DNA of 64,000 nt from an uncultured Acidimicrobiaceae bacterium. Its GTDB lineage: Bacteria; Actinomycetota; Acidimicrobiia; Acidimicrobiales; RAAP-2. The notes beneath the pieces are model-generated. The model searched no databases. It was not told the origin of the DNA and saw nothing but the letters and a program-made list of their open reading frames with translations. The translations under genes were made by a program, and so were the position numbers. The stretch covers positions 804,956-868,955 of the forward strand of contig CAVSAT010000004.1 of the NCBI GenBank assembly GCA_963726005.1, in the 5' to 3' direction. Below, piece after piece: positions 40,582 through 49,595 of the stretch; within the stretch, counting starts at the first letter, position 1; each line of letters opens with the position of its first letter.

Positions 40582-41844
40582 TCAGGACTCGAGCGTCACC
40601 GCGAAGCGGTCGGTGTAGAAGCGCATCGCGTCCCGCCGCTCCTCCGCATCGAGGCCGAACTGCGCCAGGTCGTACTCGACGGTGCCGAACTTGCCCCGCG
40701 GGTGCTCGGCCGTGAAGGCGGCGATGGAGGCCCGCGACCGCTCGTCGAGGGGCTGACCCGCCACGTCGTAGACGCGGGCGACCATGGCGAGGTCGTCCGC
40801 CATGAATTCGTCGAACCGGACGTCGATCGTCCGCGCGTCGGGCAGGACGTCGCGCTCGTCGGCACAGCGGCCGAGCATGCGTTCGAGGCGGTCCGCCCAG
40901 TAGCGACCCAGGGTCTCGAGGTCGACGCGGTCGCGGGTGAGCCGCGCACTGTAGGCGAGCATCGTCACCATCGACGCCGTGACCGATACGGGGTCGCGGT
41001 GGGTCACGACGAAGGTGGCATCCGGAAACGTGTCGACGAGGGCCGGGAACTGCTCGAGGTGTTGGGGTGACTTGAGGACCCACCGCGAGCCGCCCCGCAG
41101 CCACTGCAAAACTTTGAGCACGCGCAACAGGTAGGCGTAGCTGGGTCGCTGGTCGCGGGCGAGATAGGCGTCGCGCCACAGAGGCATTGGCGCGGTCGTC
41201 TCGAACAGCATCGTCGAGAAGTCGATGGCCAAGAGCTGGATCTCCTCATGGGTGTGCTCGACAGTCATCTCGTGCATGCGCTTGAAGTACGGCATGGCGG
41301 CGTCGAGGAAGGAGAGTGCCATCTCCGTGCGCTCGAGGCGCGGATCGGGCGCACCGGGTGCGGGCTGCTCGCGTTCGGCCAGCACGGGCTCGAGGCTCTC
41401 CCAGTACGGGAGCGACCGGAGGGCCGGATCGGCCGACATGAGGTTGTGCAGGTGGGTCGTCCCCGTCCTGGGCAACCCACAGATGATGATCGGGGCGACG
41501 ATGCGCTCCTCGAGGATCTCGGGGTGGCGTCGGAGGAGATCCTCGATCAGGAGCCGGTTCTTCAGCAATCCGAGCATGAAGGAGTGCTGCTGCATGACGC
41601 CCGCTGCGTTGCACTCGCCCTCTTCCCGCATGGCCCGGCACAGAACCCCGAGGCGCTCGACGAAGTCGTCGGGACCGAAGTCCTTCAGCCCGGTTTCGGC
41701 CGTGGCAGCGGCCATGAGCTCACCCGGCTCGAGGTTGACCTGGGACCCGGCCTCATCCATGAAGTCCAAGATGGCCCGCACGTCGTCCGAGTACCGGGGC
41801 TCGGCGAGGTCGTCGATGCGCACAGGCGCCGGGCGTGCGGTCAT
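40582..41844 (-). CDS. Sulfotransferase family protein
   Basis: ATG 41844. The PAPS-binding 5'-PSB loop is IICGLPRTGTTHLHNL, and the VVTHRDPVSV (3'-PB-like) block is present. The upstream part of track ORF 40582..42285 was not called. Confidence 0.8.
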   Translation of the reverse strand: MTARPAPVRIDDLAEPRYSDDVRAILDFMDEAGSQVNLEPGELMAAATAETGLKDFGPDDFVERLGVLCRAMREEGECNAAGVMQQHSFMLGLLKNRLLIEDLLRRHPEILEERIVAPIIICGLPRTGTTHLHNLMSADPALRSLPYWESLEPVLAEREQPAPGAPDPRLERTEMALSFLDAAMPYFKRMHEMTVEHTHEEIQLLAIDFSTMLFETTAPMPLWRDAYLARDQRPSYAYLLRVLKVLQWLRGGSRWVLKSPQHLEQFPALVDTFPDATFVVTHRDPVSVTASMVTMLAYSARLTRDRVDLETLGRYWADRLERMLGRCADERDVLPDARTIDVRFDEFMADDLAMVARVYDVAGQPLDERSRASIAAFTAEHPRGKFGTVEYDLAQFGLDAEERRDAMRFYTDRFAVTLES

Positions 41845-42908
41845 ACGGTGGCCACCGGCACGACCTCTACCTGGGGCTGCTCGGGGGTGCCGGCGGGCAG
41901 GAACCAGCGGAACCAGATGCGGCCCGTGCGGTGGCCCGCCGTCGAGACCCAGTTGGGGAGGGCCGGGCGGCGGGCCGAAACGACGATGACCCAGGAACCG
42001 TCGGGCTCGTACACGGCCTGAGCGCCGTTGATGGTCACCCGCTCGTAGTCGTAGTTGTAGGTGTGCAGGAGCCGGTTCCATAGGCACATGTTCCAAAAGA
42101 CGCATTCGGGAGAGCGGCCGCGGATCACGAGGGCCTCGTCGTCCTCGAGCTCGAAGGCCCCCATGGCGTAGGCGGCGTCGCCCGCCGCCCAACCGAACGT
42201 GGTCGTCGGCACCGGGTAGGGCGGGTCGATGGCGTTCGGAGTGCCGAGCGGGATCGGGACGATGCTGGCCTGCTCGCGCACCCACGTCGCCATGGCCCGG
42301 AGCCGCCGCGCCAGGTCGGCGTCGTTCTCACGGAAGGTCTCGGGTGGATCGTCCGCCTCGATCTGCCACATCGCTCGCCGGCCCGTGCGTGGCTCCTCGA
42401 GGTAGTCCCGGGTGATGGCGGCGACGGCATCGGACTCCAATCGGATCCATTCTGCGCCCGACCCGGTCGGCTGCTTCCGCGAAAGGACGATGCTGATGTC
42501 GCCGTCGGGGCCCCGCGTGGCGGCTTCGCTGTTGACCGTGCCGACGATGTGCGTGGAGTAACGCCCGTCGTCGGGACCGCCGTAGACGGTCAAGGACAGG
42601 TAGACGGCGTCGCCCGGCTGGACGGTCACCCGGTAGGTACGGGTCGGGTCGATCGGGGCGAAGCAGTAGAAGGCGTCGGAGTTGTCGCCGCCCCACTTCT
42701 TGTAGGGGCCCACGATCTCGACGAATCGCGGCCTGGACGTGTCGGCCCAGAGGCTCACCTCCGAGGCGACCTGGAGGATCGAGAGGACCCATCTGTGAGC
42801 CTCGAGCAGCGTGGCCTCATCGTCCGCCAGCTGCTCGACCATGCGAGCGTGGGTCGCGCCAACCTCGTCCAGCAGCTCGGCGAAGGCCTGCTCAGTCTCG
42901 GTCGTCAT
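41841..42908 (-). CDS. DUF1214-like domain protein
   Basis: 355 aa. GGDNSDAFY, YLSLTVYG and FWNMCLWN blocks resemble the DUF1214/DUF1254 family. The stop overlaps the sulfotransferase ATG (ATGA). Confidence 0.65.
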   Translation of the reverse strand: MTTETEQAFAELLDEVGATHARMVEQLADDEATLLEAHRWVLSILQVASEVSLWADTSRPRFVEIVGPYKKWGGDNSDAFYCFAPIDPTRTYRVTVQPGDAVYLSLTVYGGPDDGRYSTHIVGTVNSEAATRGPDGDISIVLSRKQPTGSGAEWIRLESDAVAAITRDYLEEPRTGRRAMWQIEADDPPETFRENDADLARRLRAMATWVREQASIVPIPLGTPNAIDPPYPVPTTTFGWAAGDAAYAMGAFELEDDEALVIRGRSPECVFWNMCLWNRLLHTYNYDYERVTINGAQAVYEPDGSWVIVVSARRPALPNWVSTAGHRTGRIWFRWFLPAGTPEQPQVEVVPVATV

Positions 42909-43001
42909 CTGTTCCTCGGCGTGTCGGCGTGGCGCCGATACTAGGGAGCGCCGAGTCAGCCGGCTGGCGACCGGCGGAATCGAAATCGGCTTTCGGCCGC
43001 G

Positions 43002-43039
43002 GAGCCAGCGTGGAGGCCGGTTGGCCTCCGCGCTGGCTC
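43002..43039 (-). terminator. 17-bp stem / 4-nt loop hairpin (GAGCCAGCGTGGAGGCC-GGTT-GGCCTCCGCGCTGGCTC)
   Basis: Read directly from the sequence, with a single T/G (wobble) position. It lies 13 nt after the stop of the minus-strand remnant, and no clear U-tract follows. Confidence 0.5.
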
Positions 43040-43051
43040 GTATGTCGATGG

Positions 43052-43246
43052 CTAAAAGGCGACGATGCCTTCACCGCCGGCGGCGCCGGCCACCGTCACG
43101 GACCCGATCTCGGTGAGGGAGCCGTCGGGGTTCACCTGGAACTCGTCGACGATCCCGCTGCCTCCGGTCTGGACGTGGCCATGCCCCTGAGTCGTAGAAG
43201 TCCAGGTGGGGTCCCCGGTTGCGCCGAAGTGTCGTGGATCTCGACC
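43052..43246 (-). pseudogene. Start-less C-terminal remnant of a beta-propeller/lactonase-like gene
   Basis: My own translation gives GRDPRHFGATGDPTWTSTTQGHGHVQTGGSGIVDEFQVNPDGSLTEIGSVTVAGAAGGEGIVAF*. The frame is closed by TGA at 43247-43249, and no usable start gives more than 27 codons. The GC-rich composition matches the left-hand region. Confidence 0.45.
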
Positions 43247-43452
43247 TCAAGCCCCCATCAATTCTGCCGATTACTGAAATCGTGCAAGCGGACGGCGCCG
43301 ACGCCTCTCGTTCGCGCGTGACATCGGCGGATTTCAGGAGCGTGGGGACGGTCGACGAGCCCTCGGCCGGTCGCGCCCAGACATCCATCGAATCGCCCGA
43401 TGCGGAGAATCCGACGCCGGCGACCTCCCCTTCGGGCGGAGGCTCCGTGGGC

Positions 43453-45978
43453 ATGTTGGTCGTTTCGGCGGCCCTCTTCCTTGCCACAGCGGCTCTGCTG
43501 CTTCTGGGCCCGCTCCATGGCCTCGGCCCCGTCCGACACTTGTCCAACCAACCCGAGTGGTGTGCGATTGTGTGCGTCCTCTGGGCAGCCGCCTCATGGG
43601 CACCGGTGTCGTTGCACTACCGCGGCAATACGACCCTCATCGCTCTGCTCGAGACGCCGCTGCTCCTCGGTCTTGTGTTCCTGGCTCCACCGTGGCTCGT
43701 ACTGAGTTGTGTCGTCGCCGACGCCTTCGTTTTCGGCGTAATTCGCAGGCAGACAATGGTCAAGATGGCCTTCAATGTGTCGACTGGCGCGTTCGGCATT
43801 GTGCTGGCAGCCGTCGTCTACCGTGAGCTACTCGGTGCACACAGCCCTGTCAGCGTCCATGGCTGGGGCACAGCCGCCGCCGCGTTGTGCACCGCTGAGT
43901 TCGTCATGATCTTCATGTCGAGGGTTGTGTGGGGGGCGCTGAACGGCCAGACCGCAGAGCGCTGGACCGGGATCCAACTGACGACCGAGGCGATGCTCGT
44001 TGCCGCGAGCATCTGCCTTTCGCTCGTGATGCTGAACACAGCATGGTTCGATCTTTGGGCAACTGTGCCTTTGCTTCTGGTCGGCGGCCTGATCGTCTTT
44101 GCGTACAGCGGCTATGCCCGTCTTTCATTGCGGTTTGCGTCGTTGCAACGGCTCTACGATTTCAGTCGCGCGCTCGGAACCACGAGCCTCGAACCATCAT
44201 CCATGAGTCTGGACGTGCTCGCGCAGGTCCGCTCCGTCATGCGCGCGCGTCGCGCCGAACTCGTTCTGGCCGAACCAACCGGGATTCCTCGTCGGATTGC
44301 GCTGGATGACCGTGGGGCGTCCGGGGTCGAACCGATCAAACTCGATCCTTCCTCTTTCGTCACCAACGCGATAGCCACCGGCACCGCCTCTCTCCACAAG
44401 GCAACCCACGACGCGGGGTTCGGCAGTGACCCCATCGCCGGCGAATTTCGCGGTGCTCTCGTGGCCCCGCTCATGAACGAGCAGACCGCGATCGGAGCGA
44501 TCGTTGCCCTCGACCGCGCCGAGGAATTGGACCACTTCGACAATGACGACCTCCGGCTGTTCGAAGCTCTCGTCGCAAACGCCAGCGCCAACCTCGAACG
44601 TGCTCGTCTCGTCGAGGAACTGCGCTATGAAGTCGATAGCAAGTCGCACCAGGCAACCCACGACATGCTCACTGGGCTTCCAAACCGCATGTTGTTCCTC
44701 ACCCGTGCAGCGAGCGCGTTGCGTGAAAGCCTTAGTGTCGCGATCGTCCTCCTGGATATCGACCGCTTCAAGGACGTGAACGATACCCTCGGCCACGCTA
44801 TAGGCGACCGCCTTTTGCAAGAACTCGCCGAACGGATGCTGCGAGAGGTTCCTGCGGGCGTCACCGTTGCGCGCCTCGGCGGCGACGAGTTCGCGCTGGT
44901 CATACCCGACGTGGGATCAGCTGAGAGGGCGTTAGCCATCGTGCGGGGCATTCATGGCGAGTTGTCGCGGCCCATCAAGATCGAGGACGATGGGATGACG
45001 CTCGCCGTGACGGCGAGCGCGGGAATCGCGATTGCACCCGACCACAGTGACGACGCCGACCTGCTTCTCCAGAGGGCCGACATCGCGATGTACGTTGCCA
45101 AGGAGCGCAGAAGCACGGTCGAGCTGTACTCGGTTGAACATGACCAGAGTATGCAGAGGTGGCTCATGCTCGGTGGCCTATTGACGCACGCTCTTGAAGA
45201 CGGAAGTGGACTGAGCGTGATGTACCAGCCGATCGCCGAGGTCAAATCGCGCCAGGTCGTGCGAGTGGAAGCCCTGGCCCGCTGGTACCACCCGGATCAC
45301 GGAGCGATCCCGCCGGAGGAGTTCATCGGTATTGCAGAGCAGATGGGTCTGATCAGTCAGATCAGTGAATTCGTTCTCGCCGAGTCGTGCGCCAATTTGG
45401 CGAAATGGCGACGAGCGGGGCTTAACATCGGACTCGCCGTGAACGTTTCTGGACGCGAGCTCGCGGACGGGAGCCTCATTGAACGGGTGGCGAGGCACCT
45501 GCAGGCCAACGATCTACCGCCTGACGCCCTCATGCTCGAGGTGACGGAGACAGAGGTCATGGACGATCTCACGCAAGCGAGCATTGTGCTGGACGAGCTG
45601 GCGAGTCTCGGAATCCGTATCGCAATCGACGACTACGGCACTGGCTACTCGTCGCTGGCGTATCTGCATCGTCTTCCCGTTCAGGAATTGAAGATAGACC
45701 GGTCCTTCGTGACGAACCTCCCAAACGACTTGAGCAACGCGATCATTGTCCGTTCCTCCATCGCCATGGCCCACTCTCTCGGACTGGGAGTCGTGGCGGA
45801 GGGGGCAGAGGACGAGGTGACCTGTGCCATGCTTGCCGACGCCGGCTGCGATTCCATTCAGGGCTACTACTTGTCCAAACCGAAGGTGTCGGCCGACCTC
45901 CAAGACTGGCTCCTCGGCGGTGCATCGCTCGAGTTCGCACCCCTCGAATCCACGTCGCGATCGACCGTTCGCGTCTAG
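43453..45978 (+). CDS. Membrane-anchored GAF-GGDEF-EAL signalling protein (c-di-GMP turnover)
   Basis: Has about 8 TM helices and a GAF-like region. The GGDEF motif is intact (RLGGDEFALV). EAL-domain motifs are intact (EALARW, DDYGTGYSSL, ELKIDRSF, QGYYLSKP). The ORF is open from 43219, so the start is uncertain (GTG 43447 or ATG 43453 precede the first TM helix). Confidence 0.9.
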   Translation: MLVVSAALFLATAALLLLGPLHGLGPVRHLSNQPEWCAIVCVLWAAASWAPVSLHYRGNTTLIALLETPLLLGLVFLAPPWLVLSCVVADAFVFGVIRRQTMVKMAFNVSTGAFGIVLAAVVYRELLGAHSPVSVHGWGTAAAALCTAEFVMIFMSRVVWGALNGQTAERWTGIQLTTEAMLVAASICLSLVMLNTAWFDLWATVPLLLVGGLIVFAYSGYARLSLRFASLQRLYDFSRALGTTSLEPSSMSLDVLAQVRSVMRARRAELVLAEPTGIPRRIALDDRGASGVEPIKLDPSSFVTNAIATGTASLHKATHDAGFGSDPIAGEFRGALVAPLMNEQTAIGAIVALDRAEELDHFDNDDLRLFEALVANASANLERARLVEELRYEVDSKSHQATHDMLTGLPNRMLFLTRAASALRESLSVAIVLLDIDRFKDVNDTLGHAIGDRLLQELAERMLREVPAGVTVARLGGDEFALVIPDVGSAERALAIVRGIHGELSRPIKIEDDGMTLAVTASAGIAIAPDHSDDADLLLQRADIAMYVAKERRSTVELYSVEHDQSMQRWLMLGGLLTHALEDGSGLSVMYQPIAEVKSRQVVRVEALARWYHPDHGAIPPEEFIGIAEQMGLISQISEFVLAESCANLAKWRRAGLNIGLAVNVSGRELADGSLIERVARHLQANDLPPDALMLEVTETEVMDDLTQASIVLDELASLGIRIAIDDYGTGYSSLAYLHRLPVQELKIDRSFVTNLPNDLSNAIIVRSSIAMAHSLGLGVVAEGAEDEVTCAMLADAGCDSIQGYYLSKPKVSADLQDWLLGGASLEFAPLESTSRSTVRV

Positions 45979-46355
45979 GGCGCATTGAACGGAGCGGTCG
46001 GAGAGCGATAGACGGTTACCTGGCCGGCGATCGCAGGCCTACCGGAAGCGTCGCCCCGCGGTTGTCGTTGGTAGCCGGCAAGGCGATTAGACACCCCGAA
46101 GTCGTGCGTGATCAACCGCGCGTCTGGTCGGTCGGCGCTCCGCGATAGAAGAGCGAGCGCTCCAGCGCAGTCCGGGGAGCGGCGTCAGCTGGGGATAACC
46201 CGGCAATCTGGGCCGAGGCGAGTGGGATGTCTCCTGCTCGCTGAGCTCACGTCGCGCCGACGAGATTGGAACTTCCGCCCCGTCCGCGACGTCCCAGCCC
46301 GGCCTCTGTACAAACTTTCCGGCTATTTTGCCTGGTCAGCCCGCACAACGCCTGA

Positions 46356-46384
46356 ACAATGGTTGCACAATGGCTGCACAATGC
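46356..46384. repeat. Three phased copies of ACAATG at 11-bp spacing, including tandem TTGCACAATGG/CTGCACAATGC
   Basis: Read directly from the sequence, in the long leader upstream of the MFS gene. Confidence 0.8.
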
Positions 46385-46482
46385 GAGAAGCTTGTACGCG
46401 GAGGAATCAAGGGTACCGGTAGCACGGTGTTGGGCCCTCGACTCCTCCAACCCTGTACCGCCGTGCAAAGGAGGTGAGTGCC

Positions 46483-46509
46483 ATGACGCTTTTTAACAGG
46501 GTCGGTTGA
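46483..46509 (+). promoter_or_regulatory. Candidate 8-codon leader uORF (MTLFNRVG) with strong Shine-Dalgarno
   Basis: AAAGGAGGTGA ends 6 nt before ATG 46483. The TGA at 46507 is followed 5 nt later by the palindrome ACCGGTCG-AA-CGACCGGT (46515-46532). Confidence 0.3.
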
Positions 46510-46749
46510 TCCTGACCGGTCGAACGACCGGTTCATATAGCCATTGCAATTTCACTCACCGACCCCCTATCCAGGGTACGGGGTGCAGCTCTGGCTATAT
46601 CGACACGGCGGGACGCCACCTTGAGCGAATTATTTTCGCGGAGGCGGGCGCCCGCCGCTGTCGCGTCTTCGGCCGAGAACAACGACGGTCCGATGCCGCC
46701 GGTGGCAACAATGCAACAATCTGAACAAGGCGACGGGCGGAAAGGTTTG

Positions 46750-48042
46750 ATGAGGATTCCTGGGTTGGCGGGCAGGCACCGGCGTCGCCTCTCACGTGGT
46801 TTTGTTCGCCTGTGGGTTGGCTTCACTCTGGCGAGCACTGGTGACGGGCTCATTCTGGGGGCCGTTCCGCTTCTCGCCGTCGTCGTCGATCCAAACCCGC
46901 TGGCAGTTTCTGCGGTCGCAGCCGCGGACAGCCTTCCGTGGCTATTGGTGGCGCTCCCAGCTGGCGCGTTTGCCGACAGATTCGATCGAGGCCCGCTCAT
47001 GGCGCTCGTGAACGTTCTGCGGGCTTTTGCCATCCTTGGCGCTGCGCTCTTGATCCTCAGCGGCGAAATGAATTTGGTTCGTCTGATCGTGGTCGTTCTC
47101 GTCAATGCCGGAGCGCGGGCGATCTACTATTCCTCGTATCAAGCCGTAGTTCCCGAACTCGTCGGATCCGAATCTCTCGAACGTGCAAACGGAGTGTTGA
47201 CGGCCACGGAATCCGGCACCGAGTACCTGGTTGGCCCTGCCGTTGGAACCTCGCTGTTTGCGGCAAGCGCATCGATCCCCTTCCTGGCCGACACGATTGT
47301 GCTCATCATGTCGACGTTCCCCTTCTTGCGGCTCCACTCGAAGGCACCTAGATCCGATGGATCGCCGACATCGGTCTGGGAGGGCGTGAGGCTCTTGTTT
47401 GCAGATCGCCGACTGCGAGTCCTCGTTGTCATGGTGAGCTGCATCGCTGGACTCCAGGGGATGGAGTTCGGCGTCCTCGTGCTGATCGCCACCAAGGTGT
47501 GGGGAGTCCGAACGGGGGCTTACGGACTCTTCCTTGCAGCGGGTGCGGTCGGCAGCGTGCTGGGGAGTTTCGCCTCAAATGGCCTGGTCAAGCGATTCGG
47601 GAGCGGCCTGACGCTCATCGGCGCCACGATCGCATCGGGTCTCGGATATCTCATCATGGCCTCCGCGAATACGTGGAGAGTGGCCGGTCCCGGCTTCGTG
47701 CTTGTCGGCTTCGCCGTCACCGTGATTACGGTTGACGCAATCTCTCTCCGCCAGAGACTGACACCGCCAGAACTCATGGGACGAGTCGGCAGCGCGTGGC
47801 GAGGCATCGTCTGGGGTGCGGCGCCTATCGGCGCCCTTGCCGCGGGGACTCTGGCGTCAGTCGGGGGACTCCGACTGCCCATCGTGCTGGCGGGAATCCT
47901 GCAGTGCGCCGTCGCGATCCTGCTGGCTCGTCCCCTTCTCAAGAGCATCCGAGCCGGTGAAGAGGACGCCAGCCTCGATCTGGAGGGGCGTCACGCCATG
48001 CGGGTCGAGAACGATCGGACCTCCAATGCGGTCGGGGACTGA
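46750..48042 (+). CDS. MFS transporter (MFS_3/EntS-like exporter type)
   Basis: ATG 46750 sits behind GGAAAGG. The N-terminus is FVRLWVGFTLASTGDG and there are 12 hydrophobic segments. The ORF is open from TTG 46621. Confidence 0.85.
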   Translation: MRIPGLAGRHRRRLSRGFVRLWVGFTLASTGDGLILGAVPLLAVVVDPNPLAVSAVAAADSLPWLLVALPAGAFADRFDRGPLMALVNVLRAFAILGAALLILSGEMNLVRLIVVVLVNAGARAIYYSSYQAVVPELVGSESLERANGVLTATESGTEYLVGPAVGTSLFAASASIPFLADTIVLIMSTFPFLRLHSKAPRSDGSPTSVWEGVRLLFADRRLRVLVVMVSCIAGLQGMEFGVLVLIATKVWGVRTGAYGLFLAAGAVGSVLGSFASNGLVKRFGSGLTLIGATIASGLGYLIMASANTWRVAGPGFVLVGFAVTVITVDAISLRQRLTPPELMGRVGSAWRGIVWGAAPIGALAAGTLASVGGLRLPIVLAGILQCAVAILLARPLLKSIRAGEEDASLDLEGRHAMRVENDRTSNAVGD

Positions 48043-48305
48043 GACTGCCGACGGAGGACACAGCGCGGCCCCACGCCTTTGATCGTGTGGCGTTTCGCAG
48101 TGCGCGTCGCCGTCGAGCAACGTTCCATTTGCGGAGCGGCAACGGGACGCCGGCGCGTCAACACGACTGATCAACCACCAGATGTCCGAGTGTGTCCTGC
48201 GCCGGATACGCCCGTTGAGGCTCCAACGGAGCGAGACCAAGGGCGGCCTTGCCAACCTGACACCTTTCGCACAGGATCACAGAGACCAAAAGGGAAGGAT
48301 GAGTC

Positions 48306-48710
48306 ATGGAGATTGCGCCCAAGCCGCCGACCGCCAAGGGCCCAGACGAGATGTTCACCGGCGACGTCTGGATCGATGCGGTCTACACCGGGATAGCGCC
48401 GTCGCTGGCCCGGGTGAACAACGTCCGCTTCAGCCCGGGTGCCCGCACCGCCTGGCACTCGCACGCCCTCGGACAGACGCTCTACGTCACTGACGGCATC
48501 GGACTGGTTCAAGCGAGGGGTGAAGCCATCTCTGAGATCCGGGCAGGCGACATCGTTCGAGCCCCCGCCGAAGAGGAGCACTGGCACGGGGCGACGCCTG
48601 ACCATTTCATGACCCATCTCTCCATCACCGAAGGCACCGGCGACGCCGCGAAGCCCGAAGCCACCTGGGGCACCCACGTCACCGACGCCGAGTACCGCGG
48701 ACACCGATAG
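48306..48710 (+). CDS. Cupin domain protein
   Basis: ATG follows GGGAAGGA. Contains RTAWHSHALGQTLYV...PAEEEHWHGA, the cupin motifs. Confidence 0.8.
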   Translation: MEIAPKPPTAKGPDEMFTGDVWIDAVYTGIAPSLARVNNVRFSPGARTAWHSHALGQTLYVTDGIGLVQARGEAISEIRAGDIVRAPAEEEHWHGATPDHFMTHLSITEGTGDAAKPEATWGTHVTDAEYRGHR

Positions 48711-48887
48711 AAGGGTCCCGCGAAACGCCTTGGCGACGCAAGAGAAACCGCCGCTTACGGAACCGCACCCACAGACCCTTCGGGGTCAGCCGTGGTCGGG
48801 TTGTGAGTACCATGTCGGGGCTGATCGCTCGTCCCAAACGAGCGAGCTGTTGGCAGGACGGGTGAGAGGTCTGAGAATTGGGGCGGC

Positions 48888-49595
48888 ATGGGTTTGAGTC
48901 TGTCGGGTAGAAGACCAGACGTCGTCACATCGGAGGGACCTGGCACGGGCAACTTCTTGCAGCCGCGTTGGGGGGACCATCCCTGGGGGGAGGGGACGCT
49001 CCGGGACCGCTTCGACGTGGTTCTGCCGCTGATCCGTGGTGGGACCGTCCTCGACGTCGGCTGCGCGTCTCGCTACGGAAGGCCCGATTGGTTGCATGGC
49101 CTGCTCGTCGAGAGCTTTCCCGAAGTGGTCGGGATCGACATCGACGAAGAAACGATCGTCGCCCTCCAGGCGAAGGGGCTCGACGTCTGTTTGGCCGACG
49201 CTCAGGACTTTGACCTGGATCGGAAGTTCGACACCGTCTTTGCAGGCGAAATCATCGAGCACCTTGACGACTTCCACGGGTTCCTCACCAGTGTGCGTCG
49301 CCACCTCACGCCTGGTGGCCAGCTCGTCCTCACTACGCCGAACGTGTTCTACATCGGCGGCTTCGTCTACCGCTGGGGAGGCCACGGCCAAGTCCACCCC
49401 GAACATACATGCTGGTTCTGCGAAGACACGCTCCGTCGCGTGCTTGCGATCAACGGCTACTCGCACGTCGAGATTGCGTTCAGCGGTCACAGAAGCCCGA
49501 CGGCACTACGCAGGGCCGCCACTCTGGCGGCACGACATGTGCTTCCGGCTCGGTTGGCGCTCGACACGTTGATCGCCGTCGCCACTGCCGACTAA
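48888..49595 (+). CDS. Class I SAM-dependent methyltransferase
   Basis: VLDVGCASRYG (motif I) and FDTVFAGEIIEHL (motif II/III) are present. Confidence 0.8.
   Translation: MGLSLSGRRPDVVTSEGPGTGNFLQPRWGDHPWGEGTLRDRFDVVLPLIRGGTVLDVGCASRYGRPDWLHGLLVESFPEVVGIDIDEETIVALQAKGLDVCLADAQDFDLDRKFDTVFAGEIIEHLDDFHGFLTSVRRHLTPGGQLVLTTPNVFYIGGFVYRWGGHGQVHPEHTCWFCEDTLRRVLAINGYSHVEIAFSGHRSPTALRRAATLAARHVLPARLALDTLIAVATAD

Noticed and set aside
43219-43452. An N-terminal extension of the GGDEF-EAL ORF (MRRSVVDLDLKPPSILPITEIV...SGGGSVG).
   Set aside because: The extension overlaps the truncated minus-strand remnant and the compositional junction. It is low-complexity and precedes the first TM helix by about 75 residues. 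A start at GTG 43447 or ATG 43453 is more plausible, but the extension is not excluded.
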